From assembly GCF_018350175.1 (NCBI RefSeq), contig NC_058382.1, forward strand, positions 56,360,001 through 56,424,000: DNA of 64,000 nt, written 5' to 3'. The position numbers and the translations under genes were made by a program. The notes below the pieces were generated by a model, which saw only the letters and a list, made by a program, of their open reading frames with translations, made no database searches and was not told the origin of the DNA. Source of the stretch: Felis catus. Its lineage: Eukaryota. Each line of letters starts with the position of its first letter. The first letter of the stretch is position 1. Below are positions 46,901-57,849 of the stretch, in pieces.

Positions 46901-47523
46901 AAGAAGCACCCTGTAAAAGCAAAGGCAGGGCAGTGAGAGGAGAGAGATTCATAGACATCAAGGCTGGGGTGTAAATGGAAGAACAGAGTGGATGTTGATG
47001 ATCATAGGAATGGTACTTGGCACTTGTAAATTTGCCCTGTACTATACAGATATTAGCTCATTTAGTGTCCGTGATATCTAAGCACTCTAGATGTGTATCA
47101 TATATATGTACATATATGTGTGTATCAGCCTGTCTCCTTCCAGTAACCTTATGGGGTTATTATTTCCCCCGTTTTACAGATAAGGATACTGGGATACAGA
47201 ATCCTAAAGGTCCTGCAGCTGACCATAGTAGGGCTGAGATCTGTATTTCAGCAGCCTGGCTTCTGGGTTTGTACTCTTTATTACACTACATTGAGTCTTT
47301 GTTCTTGGAGTACAAGCTGTGTGACTTTGGGTGAATCACTCAAGCCTCTATCAAATTCTGAATGGGACAATAAAATAAAAATAATAGTAACTCAAAAGCT
47401 TGGTCTGAGAATAAAAGGAACGAATGTGAAACATCTAACCCATTGCCTGGTACATAGTAATATCTCAATAAGTTGCTGTGTTGCTGTAGAAATCATCACC
47501 CATGTGCCCAAGCATGTATTTTT

Positions 47524-47749
47524 ATTTTTTTAAACTTTTTATTTTAACCTTTATATATTTTTTTGAGAGACAGAGGGAGAGAGCACGAGCAAGGGAGAAA
47601 CAGAAAGAGAGGGAGACACAGAATCCCAAGCAGGCTCCAGGCTCTGAGCTGTCAGCATAGAGCCCAACGCGGGGTCTGAACTCACCAACTGTGAGATCAT
47701 GACCTGAGCTGAAATTGTACACTTAACCGACTGAGTCCCCAGATGCCCC
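47524..47749 (-). mobile_element. CanSINE
   Basis: caggctccaggctctgagctgtcagcatagagcc...acttaaccgactgagtccccagatgcccc. Confidence 0.95.
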
Positions 47750-47777
47750 CAAACATATTTTTAAAGATTCAAAAGTA

Positions 47778-47992
47778 GGGGCACCTGGGTGGCTCAGTCG
47801 GTTAAGCGTCTGACTTCAGCTCAGGTTATGATCTCATGGTTGGTGAGTTCGAGCCCTGCATCAGGCTCTGCACTGACATTGTGGAGACTGCTTGAGATTT
47901 TCTCTCTCCCTCTCTGCCCCTCCCCCACTTGTGCGTGCACGCTCCCTCTCTCTCAAAATAAACATTTTGAGACATTTTAAAACATTTTTTTT
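47778..47992 (+). mobile_element. CanSINE
   Basis: Head ggggcacctgggtggctcagtcgg; TSD aaagattcaaaagta at 47763-47777 and 47993-48007. Confidence 0.96.
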
Positions 47993-50084
47993 AAAGATTC
48001 AAAAGTACATAAAGGCAAGAGACTTCAGGATTGGCTTGGCACATCTGATGCTCAACACTGTATTTTCTCGAGAATTTTAAATTCGACAGGTGGTTTTATT
48101 TCGCATGGTAAATTGTGACTTCTTGTGTTTGAACAATGTCACTTCAGCTAAGGAATAGTCCTAAATACAATATACTCCCACTCCTATCACTATTCAGTTA
48201 ACCCGATGTCCACCACTTACATGTTGACCCAGCCTATTTCTGGAAATGCTTTGCGGGTTATCATAACAAGAACAAGAATAACCAATAAAATAAGCAGGCA
48301 CAGTTGTTTGGGTTAATCACCAGGAACAGCATCGTAAATGACAAGAACTCAGAACAGCCAGTCCCTCCTTTCTCCCCATTGCTCGTGGCCTGAGTCGTGC
48401 ATCTGACACTCCGCCCCTGAGTCCCTGCCATCTTCCTTGCGTGCACGCTGAGAGTCTCCACGTCTGATCCATGGAGGTGTCTGGAAACCAGTTATCTCCC
48501 TTTTGTTCCTGCACTGTCTTGTGGAAGAAAGGAAATTATACCTTAGAGCTGATTTTTTTTTTTTTTATAAAATAGCATTTAGTCATGAAATGAGTGTGTC
48601 GAAGCTTGTGTTGTCTTAGTTTGAAAGGCCTCTGAGTAGCTGGACTTGTCAAGACAGCTTTGTCATCTGCCTCTGGAGTTTCAGTTTCTCCTGTTCTGTG
48701 TTTTCTTGTGGTCATCACTGCTTCGTTTCTGTTTTTGGTGAATAGCATTTCGGAATGTATTTTCTTGGTTCAGGTCATAGTTTATTCAAACAAACAAACA
48801 AACAAACAAACAAAAAAGATCCAGAGTACATCGAGAAACTTGGGAAAGTATCAATCACATACTTGGGAAAAGTATGCATGAGTCCTGTTTCTTATGACCT
48901 CATGCATATCTATGTATTTCCCAAGTATTTTCATGGGGCAGGTGGATGAAATAGGCCTCCAGGTTTTTATGTGAGCACCATTAAGAGCCTGGTTCCTGGC
49001 TCACCAGTCTTCTGGGTGGTCCTTGTGGACTCAGACTCTTCAGAGGCTCATGTGGATCTGTGGGCATTGATGTGGACTCCACCAACACCAGTGTGTGTGT
49101 TGTTGACTGAACATTTGCCTTCACAGCTGCCACTGCATATTGGTAGCTAGATAAGCACATTTTAGGGATGTTTTGAATGAAGCAGAGAGGCTAATAAGCT
49201 GTCCCCATAATGCCTTCAATTTTTCACCTTTGGAAAAAGCTCTGTGTTAAGGTGCCTTGTCTCCAAGAAGCCCCATAGATATCTAATTAGCCTTTCCTGG
49301 AAGGGTTGACAACAGTGGTTCTGAATCTGACAGTGCCTTAGGATCACTCAGATTCTAGAAAAATCCTGGCACCCAAGCCCCCCTCCAACCAGATTCTCTG
49401 AGTTGTATCTTGTACATTCATATTTTTTAATCTACCCCACCCCTGCAGAAGACCACAGTTTACAGTCAGAGTTGAGAGCTACTGAATTATGGGTTACAAG
49501 AAATTAAATTTCTCAGGGCTAACCTTGTATCAGATGAGCTCATTGTAACTCAGGAAAACCAAAAGCTTGACGCGAAAGGATGGGACCCCAGGAAGATGAG
49601 TTTTGGTGGGGAGAGCGAGCCAGAGGTCAAAGGATGCCAGCCTCAGGGAAGGACAAGGAGGACGAAAGGAGAGACGGAGATTTTAAACAAAAGTTGTAAC
49701 CCATAGTTTCATAAGCATGTATTTATCTAATCCTTACAACAGCCGCTTGAAGAAAGGACATTCACATTATTGGAGCACCTTCATGAACCTATCATTTCTA
49801 GGTTTCTTGCTGAATTTTTTCAAATGCCAGCTTTGGTAGGTCCCACTGCCCCTCTCTCGGAGAGCAGGCTGTGGCTCGGGGCAAAGCTGGCCTTTCAAAC
49901 CCAGATGCTCTGATGGAAGCCTCTTCTATCTGGACAGGAGACAGCTCGGCCTGAAGCCTCAGGGCCTATAGGATGTGCTGGCGGGGGAAATTGCAACTGG
50001 GCGCGTGGGCAGGTTGCTGCAGCCCAGGAGAGGTGGTTTGTGAGCAGGAACAGTGACTGGGAGGAGTTCAGTGACATAAGTCCC

Positions 50085-50735
50085 CAATTAGCAAAAAGGC
50101 ATTGAGCGCTGGCTGTGTGATGAATGTTGCTGTAGGTTGTGTGGATACAACAGTGAGCAGAGCAGACCAATCCTGCCCTCTTAGGGTCCACCTTCTACAA
50201 AGGGACGCCAGCGAATAAAAGTTAACGAAATACATGGTGGGCCAGTTGGGAAGAAATGTCGTGACAGGGGATATAGGGAAGCAAAGGCTAGAGATTGGGG
50301 GCAGGTTGCAATTTTAAAGCCTTTTTGGGGATGATGGGTGAAGTGCAGGCATTACCTCGGGCTCAAGAAGCCTAGATGGAAGGAAAGAAGGAAGCAAAAG
50401 CCTGAGGTGGGAGTGTGGAATGTTCTGGAAACAGCAGGGAAGCTGAGATGGGGACAGGAACAGAAGGAACAAGGGGACAGGAGAAGAGGTGAGGCTTTGT
50501 GGGCCACCAGAACGCCTCTGGCTTTTATTCTGAGAGAGAAAGCCACACCACAGGAGGATTTTAAACCACACCACAGGAGGGTTTTCAGATCCAGTGTTGT
50601 TTACAGAATCTCTCTGGCTGATGGATGGAGAAAGGAGCAGGTGAGCAAGGGGGCAGCTGCAATCACTCAGCTTCTACAAATGGTGGGGCTCAATGGTGGA
50701 AGGGAGAGGGGTGATCACGATCAGATTCCTGATGG
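50085..50735 (-). mobile_element. L2a-like fragment
   Basis: gcattgagcgct...ggatacaacagtgagcagagcagac..tcctgccctc...tggcttttattctgagagaga.agcc...aggaggattttaa. Confidence 0.75.
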
Positions 50736-51841
50736 GTGGAAAATGTTCGGAGTGATGACTGACAGCTCTTCTACCCAGTGTCGTTCCTCCATGCCAGGCC
50801 ATGTGCCTCTGTGAACGTGGCTGCATTCTTTTCTATCCCTGCGGTTTTTGCAAAGAAGCTGGCGCCACCCGCATCTGCTGGATGAGGAAACTGAGGCTCA
50901 GAGAGATTTGGGACTGGCTCGCAGCCTCACGTCAGGCTCTGGCCACGGGTCTCTCAGTCCTGTCTTCTTTCTACTACAGCAGGCTGCCTCCACTCCAAAG
51001 TCCACAAAACAATTTAAGACTTTTGGGATTTCTTATTGCATCAGCACGAATATTATTAAATTTCCCATAAACTCAAATTTTCTCTACTTAGAAAGAGTAT
51101 GAATCTTTCTTTTTAGAAATCGAGGTGGTTGAGATTAATGACCAACCATAAAATTTCACAAGCAATTATTATGGTTTGCTGTGCCTTCTTCAGCTGTTTG
51201 ACACGCTACTATCTTTTGTTTCCCTTGTTTGTCGGAGTCAGGTTTGCACATCACTGACCAAGACCTTGAGTGCCTGGGAAGTTTGGAGCAAGGCCATTGG
51301 TGAAGCTATATTTCTAACTTCCACTCTAAGGATGGAATCTTGTCATAGAAGTTCACTGACATTTACTCGTCTCGCATTAGTCATACAGCATGGTGCATTT
51401 TCCATTTTCATTAGCTATGTTTGACAGAATCTTTAGAAAGGAACTCAATTCTCTGTTTCAACAAAATTCTCTTTTTTTGCTTGTTTTGTGGCAGATAACA
51501 TGAAAACTTGCGTTATGGGTGTGTGTGTGTGTGTGTGTCCCATCATAATTTGGGGGCCCTTTCTGACTTTGGGACTCTGTGGTTTTCTGCCTCATGTGTC
51601 CTTCCAGCATCCCACTCAGCCGCAAGCCCCTCCGTCCAGCCCCTCATGCAGGATCTCTCCTTGGAACAGGATTGCTTTGCACCCAGCTTCCCTGGGAGTT
51701 CCCAAAGTCTTAGCTCAAAGTTTTAACCCTCCTCTGGAGCCTACTTCCAAATTCTATTCTCACACTTTGGTTCTTTCTTTTTTTGGTTGCTCCCAAACTA
51801 ACAAACCAAAGCAAAACTAACTGCAGTAGCAGGAAAGGGAT

Positions 51842-52250
51842 TGTATTCATCAGAACTAGGAGGTTGTGTGTAACTGAAACATATTCAAATAGCTGTGGCA
51901 AAACGGTGTTTGTTGACCCCCAAACCAGGAAATCCAATGATGCATCTGGCTTTAGACCAACTGGGTCCCAGATTTGAATAATAACACTTGCTGTGCCGCT
52001 CCCCCTTTGTATGCTGCCCTCATTCTCTTCTTCTGCATGGGGACTTTCTCCCAACAGCACAAACAGCCTCCTAGCATCATCACCAAAGGCATCCCTCCAC
52101 CCCGCCCCCCTCACAGCTCTCGAAGAAAAGCCTGGGGAGAATAATGTTTGATCCAACATTGGGCAAATACCCTTTAATGAAGCCATCTAAGGCCAGAGAA
52201 ATAGGTTCAGTTTGGCCAGAACCACATCCCTTTGTGGGTAGGAGTGGAGG
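51842..52250 (-). mobile_element. Old MaLR LTR (MLT1K/L-like)
   Basis: tgtattcatcagaact...gtaactgaaac...ggaaatcca...ctggctttaga...tttggccag. Confidence 0.5.
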
Positions 52251-54466
52251 ACATCATGATGGTGGCACTAGCTGATTGTCATGGGGCATGTGGGAGGGCT
52301 GCTGCTACAAGGGGCTGGGTAGCCTGCCAGGTAGGTAATCCATAGCCACCAACTTTCCCTGCAGTTGTAGCTGCATTTCAGCTCTAGAATTTCAGTCGAG
52401 TGGGGAGCTCGGTGTTGGGGGACAGATCCCAGCATTTCTGTTCAACTTTAATCAATAGGTGCCAGCATGTCTTGAGCACCTATCATATATATGCCCCCAC
52501 ATTGTACCAGGCACATATAGATGATAAAATGTTGAATGGCACATTGACTCTACCCCAGGGAGGCTCTTCCTTAGGGGGGAGGGTCTTAGATGATAGGGAT
52601 TGATCAATGCGCATGCCTCCCTTTGATGCTAAAAGGAGAAATAGCCCCAAGTGTTACCACTCCGTCTCATGAATTATTTTTCCAAGGCAATAAAATTTGA
52701 AGATTGCAATTAGTTAACCATTATGAAGACAAATCTGCAAATATTTCTCTCACTGTGGTGACATTTAAAATGCTTCCTGCTCTACCAAACAGTCAATTGG
52801 ATTTCTTTCCCCTCATCTTCTCATAATGGCTAATTGCTAAGCAATTGATTGAATCCCCTTTTGTTACTACATAATTACTAAGTTGGCCCAAACAATGGCC
52901 GTGGCCATTTCTCCATCTACTCTTTTTGGTCACCTACAGGGCACGTTTGGAGTAGGAATGTTCTTACTGGGTTAATCTCTTTGTAAATCATCGATCTAGT
53001 TGCTTAATGTAGTGATTCAGAGCAAAGGTTCAAGGGGAAGAAAAGCTTATGTAATCCTCAGGGAAGGTTTCCCAACCTGCCCAAGCCTGAGGGGTTTTTT
53101 GCCAATAATACGGAGATAGTAAGAGTCTACCTTGCCAAGTTTGGAGATGGTCATATGAGATAAAACATGTGAAGTGTTCAGCACCACTGGGACATAAGCT
53201 CATAATAAATCATAGGTGTTCATAGCTCATCTAGGCTGTTGCTGATGCAGACCTATGGAGACTTGGCCAAAATTCTTAACCGCTCTGTGACTCAGGTGCC
53301 CATTTTGTACAATGGGGATGATACAGCCACCTGTCTCCTGGAGGGCATCTAATAACAAAAAGAGACAGGAAGACATATGGGATTAATGTGAAGGTCAAAA
53401 TGGATCTAAAGACACCAGTCAGCACTGACCTCTTAGTTGCTCTTACGTTACTGACAGCACCTGGCAGAGAACCTAGTTCCCGCTCAGGTGAGAACCCTTT
53501 CTCTCGCCCCTAAAGCCTTGGAAAGGAGACTTTGTAGATACGAGCGTGGCTTCTTCCGTATCCACAGCATTTCTCCCTCACCGCATTCAACAGGTAACTG
53601 CTGAGTGTGGGTTACATGTGGGGATGGCGCTGTGGGCTCATCTCTGTGGAGAATATGGGGAAGAAACAGAATTCGGGGTCTGCTGCCTTGAGCTGTTGGG
53701 AGTTGTGGCCTTTGGAAGAATTGTTCAATAGGACCCTGGTCCTTTTTTTTTTTTTTTTTGACTATTTTTTTTTTTTTTTGGCTATTGTCACAAGATGAGA
53801 TCTTGCTTACGGTGCTTTGTGTGATTCTAACTCTCTCCCCCCATAAAAAGCACATCGCGCTCCGAGAGAAGTAATTTCCCCAGAGCCATATCCAAAAAAG
53901 AAAAGTGAATGAGGGTACCAGCAGGAGCCAGGTTTCCATGGTTAATTGCATGGACTTAGCTTTGGCTGTTCTGTGTTGCCGAATTCAGTGCCGAAATGTG
54001 GGACTGAGGGGGAATTTGTGTCTTGTGTCACCTCCGCCACCCCCATGGCTGTGAGCTCTGGAAGGCTGAGAGGACTTCGTTCTCCAGGTGGCCCAAAATG
54101 TGCACGCCAGTGCACCGTTTCCCCGACAAGAGCCCAATAAGTGTGGATGGGCTGAGAACTGTATTAGACACAGAGGAAACCATACTTACAAGAAAAGGTT
54201 GGATTTTCTCTGCAGAGTTTAAATGGTGCATGTGCCTTTACCCCAAAAACCACAGAAACTATCTCTTTAAGAAACATCAAAACTATATATTTGTTTAGTG
54301 CGATATTTGGCCAAGATGGAGGCTTCCGGGGAGAGTTCTAAGTGGAATGTGGGTGTCACAGGGCCAGGCACTTACCTAACTGCCTGGCTTGCCTGGTGAG
54401 TCAAGTGAGTCTGCCTGGACATGAGCCACTGTGAATTGAAGGGTAGTTAGAATCCAGGGAAATGTT

Positions 54467-54681
54467 GGGGCACCTGGGTGGCTCAGTCAAGCGGCTGACT
54501 TCGGCTCGGGTCATGATCTCGCAGCTCATGAGTTTGAGCCCCAAGCCCGCATCGGGCTCTGTGCTGACAGCTCAGAGCTGGAGCCTGCTTCGGATTCTGT
54601 GTCTCCCTCTTTCTCTGCCCCTCCCCTGCTCTCTCTCTCTCTCTCAAAAATAAATAAACATTAAAAAACAAACAAACAAAA
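54467..54681 (+). mobile_element. CanSINE
   Basis: Perfect 18-bp TSD agaatccagggaaatgtt at 54449-54466 and 54682-54699. Confidence 0.97.
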
Positions 54682-55580
54682 AGAATCCAGGGAAATGTTG
54701 AAGCCTTGTTTGAAAAGGTGGCAGGGTATTCTTGATAATAGCTACCTTGCTAACAGAGGTTTAGCCATCCCAGATGCTGGCTCTTTACCTAAATTATCTC
54801 TATTTTAATCTTTGGAGCAACCCTCCAAATGGGTATTATCCCAGTTTGAAGGCAGAAGGGGAAGGAGCTGGGGATAGAGAGATCCATAGCACGTGCTCTC
54901 TGACACACAGATAATTAATGATTTATGACATGGCTGAGCCTGCCGGTGGTGTTTTCTGAATCCTGCACCTGGGCACAGGACAAGGATTGTTTGTATTTCT
55001 TTCCTCTCCATTGGGGGTGGGAAATTTTGACTCTTCTGGAGGAGACCCCAGGTCCTCTGAAGGCTGGAGGGGGATGAGACTCTATTCCCAGTGGAAGCAC
55101 ACAGGGTCTCCCAGAGACCTTTTCCCCAATCTCCAAATTCCATTCACTTGTGCAAAAGCGACTTTCAGAGTCAGAGAGCTTGAGGCTTCCTATCTTTGTC
55201 GTCTCATGGGCTCATTGCTGTATCTGCCTCTGACTTAAATCACTGGCCCCTTTTCTGTCTTCCTCTGCATCTTCACTCAGGGGTGGTGGAAATAGAACTT
55301 GACCTGGCAACAGACAAACCTAGCTTTAATTGACAGCTCTTCTTGGAAAATTCACTCCAGCTATTTAGTGCTCTTTTTCCTCCTCTGTGAAATGGGGCCA
55401 ACAGTGCCTCTTTAGATTATGAAAATTAATGTAAAAGTACAAGAGAAGCCCCTAGCAAGTTGTCTGTCCCAAAGCAGACACTTAACTAGTATTAACCTCT
55501 CTCCTCTTTGTCCCTTGCCCCCACAAGATGGGGAGAGACATCAAAAAGAATCAAATACTGCCGTTAGAAATGCTGCTGTT

Positions 55581-55762
55581 GGAACGCCTGGGTAGCTCAA
55601 TCCGTTGAGTGTCCGGCTCTTGAGTTCAACTCAGGCCATGATCCCAGAGTCGTGGGATCAAGCCTCATGTCGGGCTCCACATTGAGCATGAAGTCTGCTT
55701 AAGATTCCCTCTCTCCTTCTCCCCTGCTCACTCTCTCTCTCTCTTTCTACTCTCTCTACAAT
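55581..55762 (+). mobile_element. CanSINE (older subfamily)
   Basis: cgcctgggtagctcaatccgttgag...catgatcccagagtcgtgggatcaagcc...cttaagattc. Confidence 0.9.
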
Positions 55763-55768
55763 GGAAAG

Positions 55769-55855
<87 letters not shown>

Positions 55856-55913
55856 GAAAGAGAGAAAGAGAGAGAAAGAAAGAGAGAAAGAAAGAGAGAA
55901 AGAGAGGAAGAAA
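55763..55913. repeat. (GAAA)n / (GAGAAA)n compound STR derived from the SINE tail
   Basis: About 20 perfect GAAA units followed by GA/GAAA variants. Confidence 0.97.
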
Positions 55914-56882
55914 GACTGCCGTTCACACAAGGGATTTTTTTTTTTCTGCCTCCCGTATTCATAGCTGGAGTGATTCTCTACCTTACAATCCTCAAGGAGA
56001 CCTGATCCCAACATCTGAGAATGTGAAGACCAACTTTTTCTAAATAACACGATGTTGGCATGGCCCAGGTGACCTTGGGCTTTCCTTCCTTCTAGCTGCA
56101 GCCATGCTGGATACCCTGAAGGATTCAAGTGCACCCTGACATGGCCACAGAGGTCACCTCTGTCCTGAGTCCTCAGAAGGAGAACCTTGGCTTTTAAGAC
56201 TTGCAATTCAAGGGTAACCACGCTTTCTGTTAGCAAGGAAGATCCAGGACAAGTTTTAAGAGAAAAATGACTGTGTAGAAAGTAAAACCACATTATTTTC
56301 CTGTCTCTCCATGGATCCCTTACCTCCATTAAAGAACAAAGAGAAACCCCGGTTAGGAAGGATGGAAACAAATGGAGCCATGTCAGCCCTCCCAAACTGT
56401 CATTGATCACCTTGCCGGGTGCATATTCCTCGAGTTCCATTCAGGACCACCTCTAAACAGCCATTTTCACAGACACACGATAAAGAGACAGATGAACTGG
56501 TCAGTTTGCCCTCTCCCTTGCTTGGGTAAAAAGAAAATGATTTAACTAAATCTATTCTTCTTTAGGATGAAAAGAGATTTAAAAAAAAAAAAAAGGTTTA
56601 GTGGCAAATGGCTGTCCTAAAGTAGATGAAATAGGAATTGATTTTACTTACCTGCCATCACTGGGTACTTGGGAGGAATCCCCAAGAGCAGGTGTGAGGC
56701 CACACTTTGTGAGGAGGTGGGCCAGAGGCGGCCAGGCGGGTATGGAGTCAGCAGCATTTCAGGAGACGTGGTCGCTCGTTATTCACCGTTTGACAATCGG
56801 CTTTCTCTTCGTTGATGAGCATGTGTCCCACTGTGATGTTCAAACCCATAACAAAGTGAAATTTTAAAGCTAATGGTAATAT

Positions 56883-57084
56883 GGGGCACCTGGGTGGCTC
56901 ATCAGTTAAGCGCCTGACTTCAGCTCCGGTCATAATCTAGTGGTCCGTGAGTTCGAGCCCCGCATCGTGCTCTGTGCTGACAGCTCAGAGCCTGGAGTCT
57001 GCTTCAGATCCTGTGTCCCTGTCTCTCTCTACCCCCCCCCAAAATAAATAAACATTAAAAATAGTTTTTGAAATTTAAAAAAAA
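56883..57084 (+). mobile_element. CanSINE
   Basis: ggggcacctgggtggctcatcagttaagcg..., B box gagttcgagcc. Confidence 0.95.
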
Positions 57085-57432
57085 GCGAATTATATTACTT
57101 TGCCTGTATAGGTAAAATGTGTGCAAGAATATCCAAATAGAAATAACTGTAAGAATGTTCTTCCTCTTTGAGGAATCCCTACTTTTGGGAATCTATCCTA
57201 AGGAAACAATCCAAAAAGCAGAAGATTTTCTTTTCTCACAGGAAGATGTAGTTGATAGCTTTTTCACATTGTTCCTTATTGAAAAGAGTCAAACATCCAT
57301 TATTATTGAAGTGGTTGCTAAATAATGGAATATCTATTTTAAAATATTGGGTGGCTAAAATAAAATAAATAAATAAAATAAAATGTTGGGTGGCCATTAA
57401 AAAGAAGCTAGTACTAATAAGGAAAATGTTAG

Positions 57433-57771
57433 TTATATATATATATGTGTATATATATATGTATATATGTATATATATAATGTATATATGTGTATATATG
57501 TATATATATGTGTATATATGTATATATATAATATATGTATATATGTATATATAATATATGTATATATGTATATATAATATATGTATATATGTATATATAA
57601 ATAAATGTATGTATGTATATATGTATATATATGTGTATATATGTATATAAATGTGTATGTATGTATATATATGTATATATGTATATGTATAAAAATAAAT
57701 GTATGTATGTATGTATATGTATATATATGTATGTATATGTATGTGTGTGTGTATATATATATATACATATA

Positions 57772-57817
<46 letters not shown>

Positions 57818-57826
57818 GAGAGAGAG
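57433..57826. repeat. Long (TA)/(TATG)/(TG) low-complexity repeat
   Basis: About 390 bp of mostly alternating purine-pyrimidine TA/TG; source of the spurious Y/I/C-rich ORFs. Confidence 0.97.
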
Positions 57827-57849
57827 GGAAAGAAGAGATATTTATGCTT

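Noticed and set aside
55658..56440. 260-aa ORF on the minus strand
   Set aside because: It runs through the (GAAA)n STR and a SINE; low-complexity SFFL repeats and no recognisable domain.
13157..57084. Recurrent peptide AQSVKRLTSAQVMIS..VSSSPASGSVLTAQSLEP in many ORFs, and dispersed repeats that might suggest a gene family or CRISPR-like array
   Set aside because: All are translations of CanSINE copies; irregularly spaced, with tails and TSDs.
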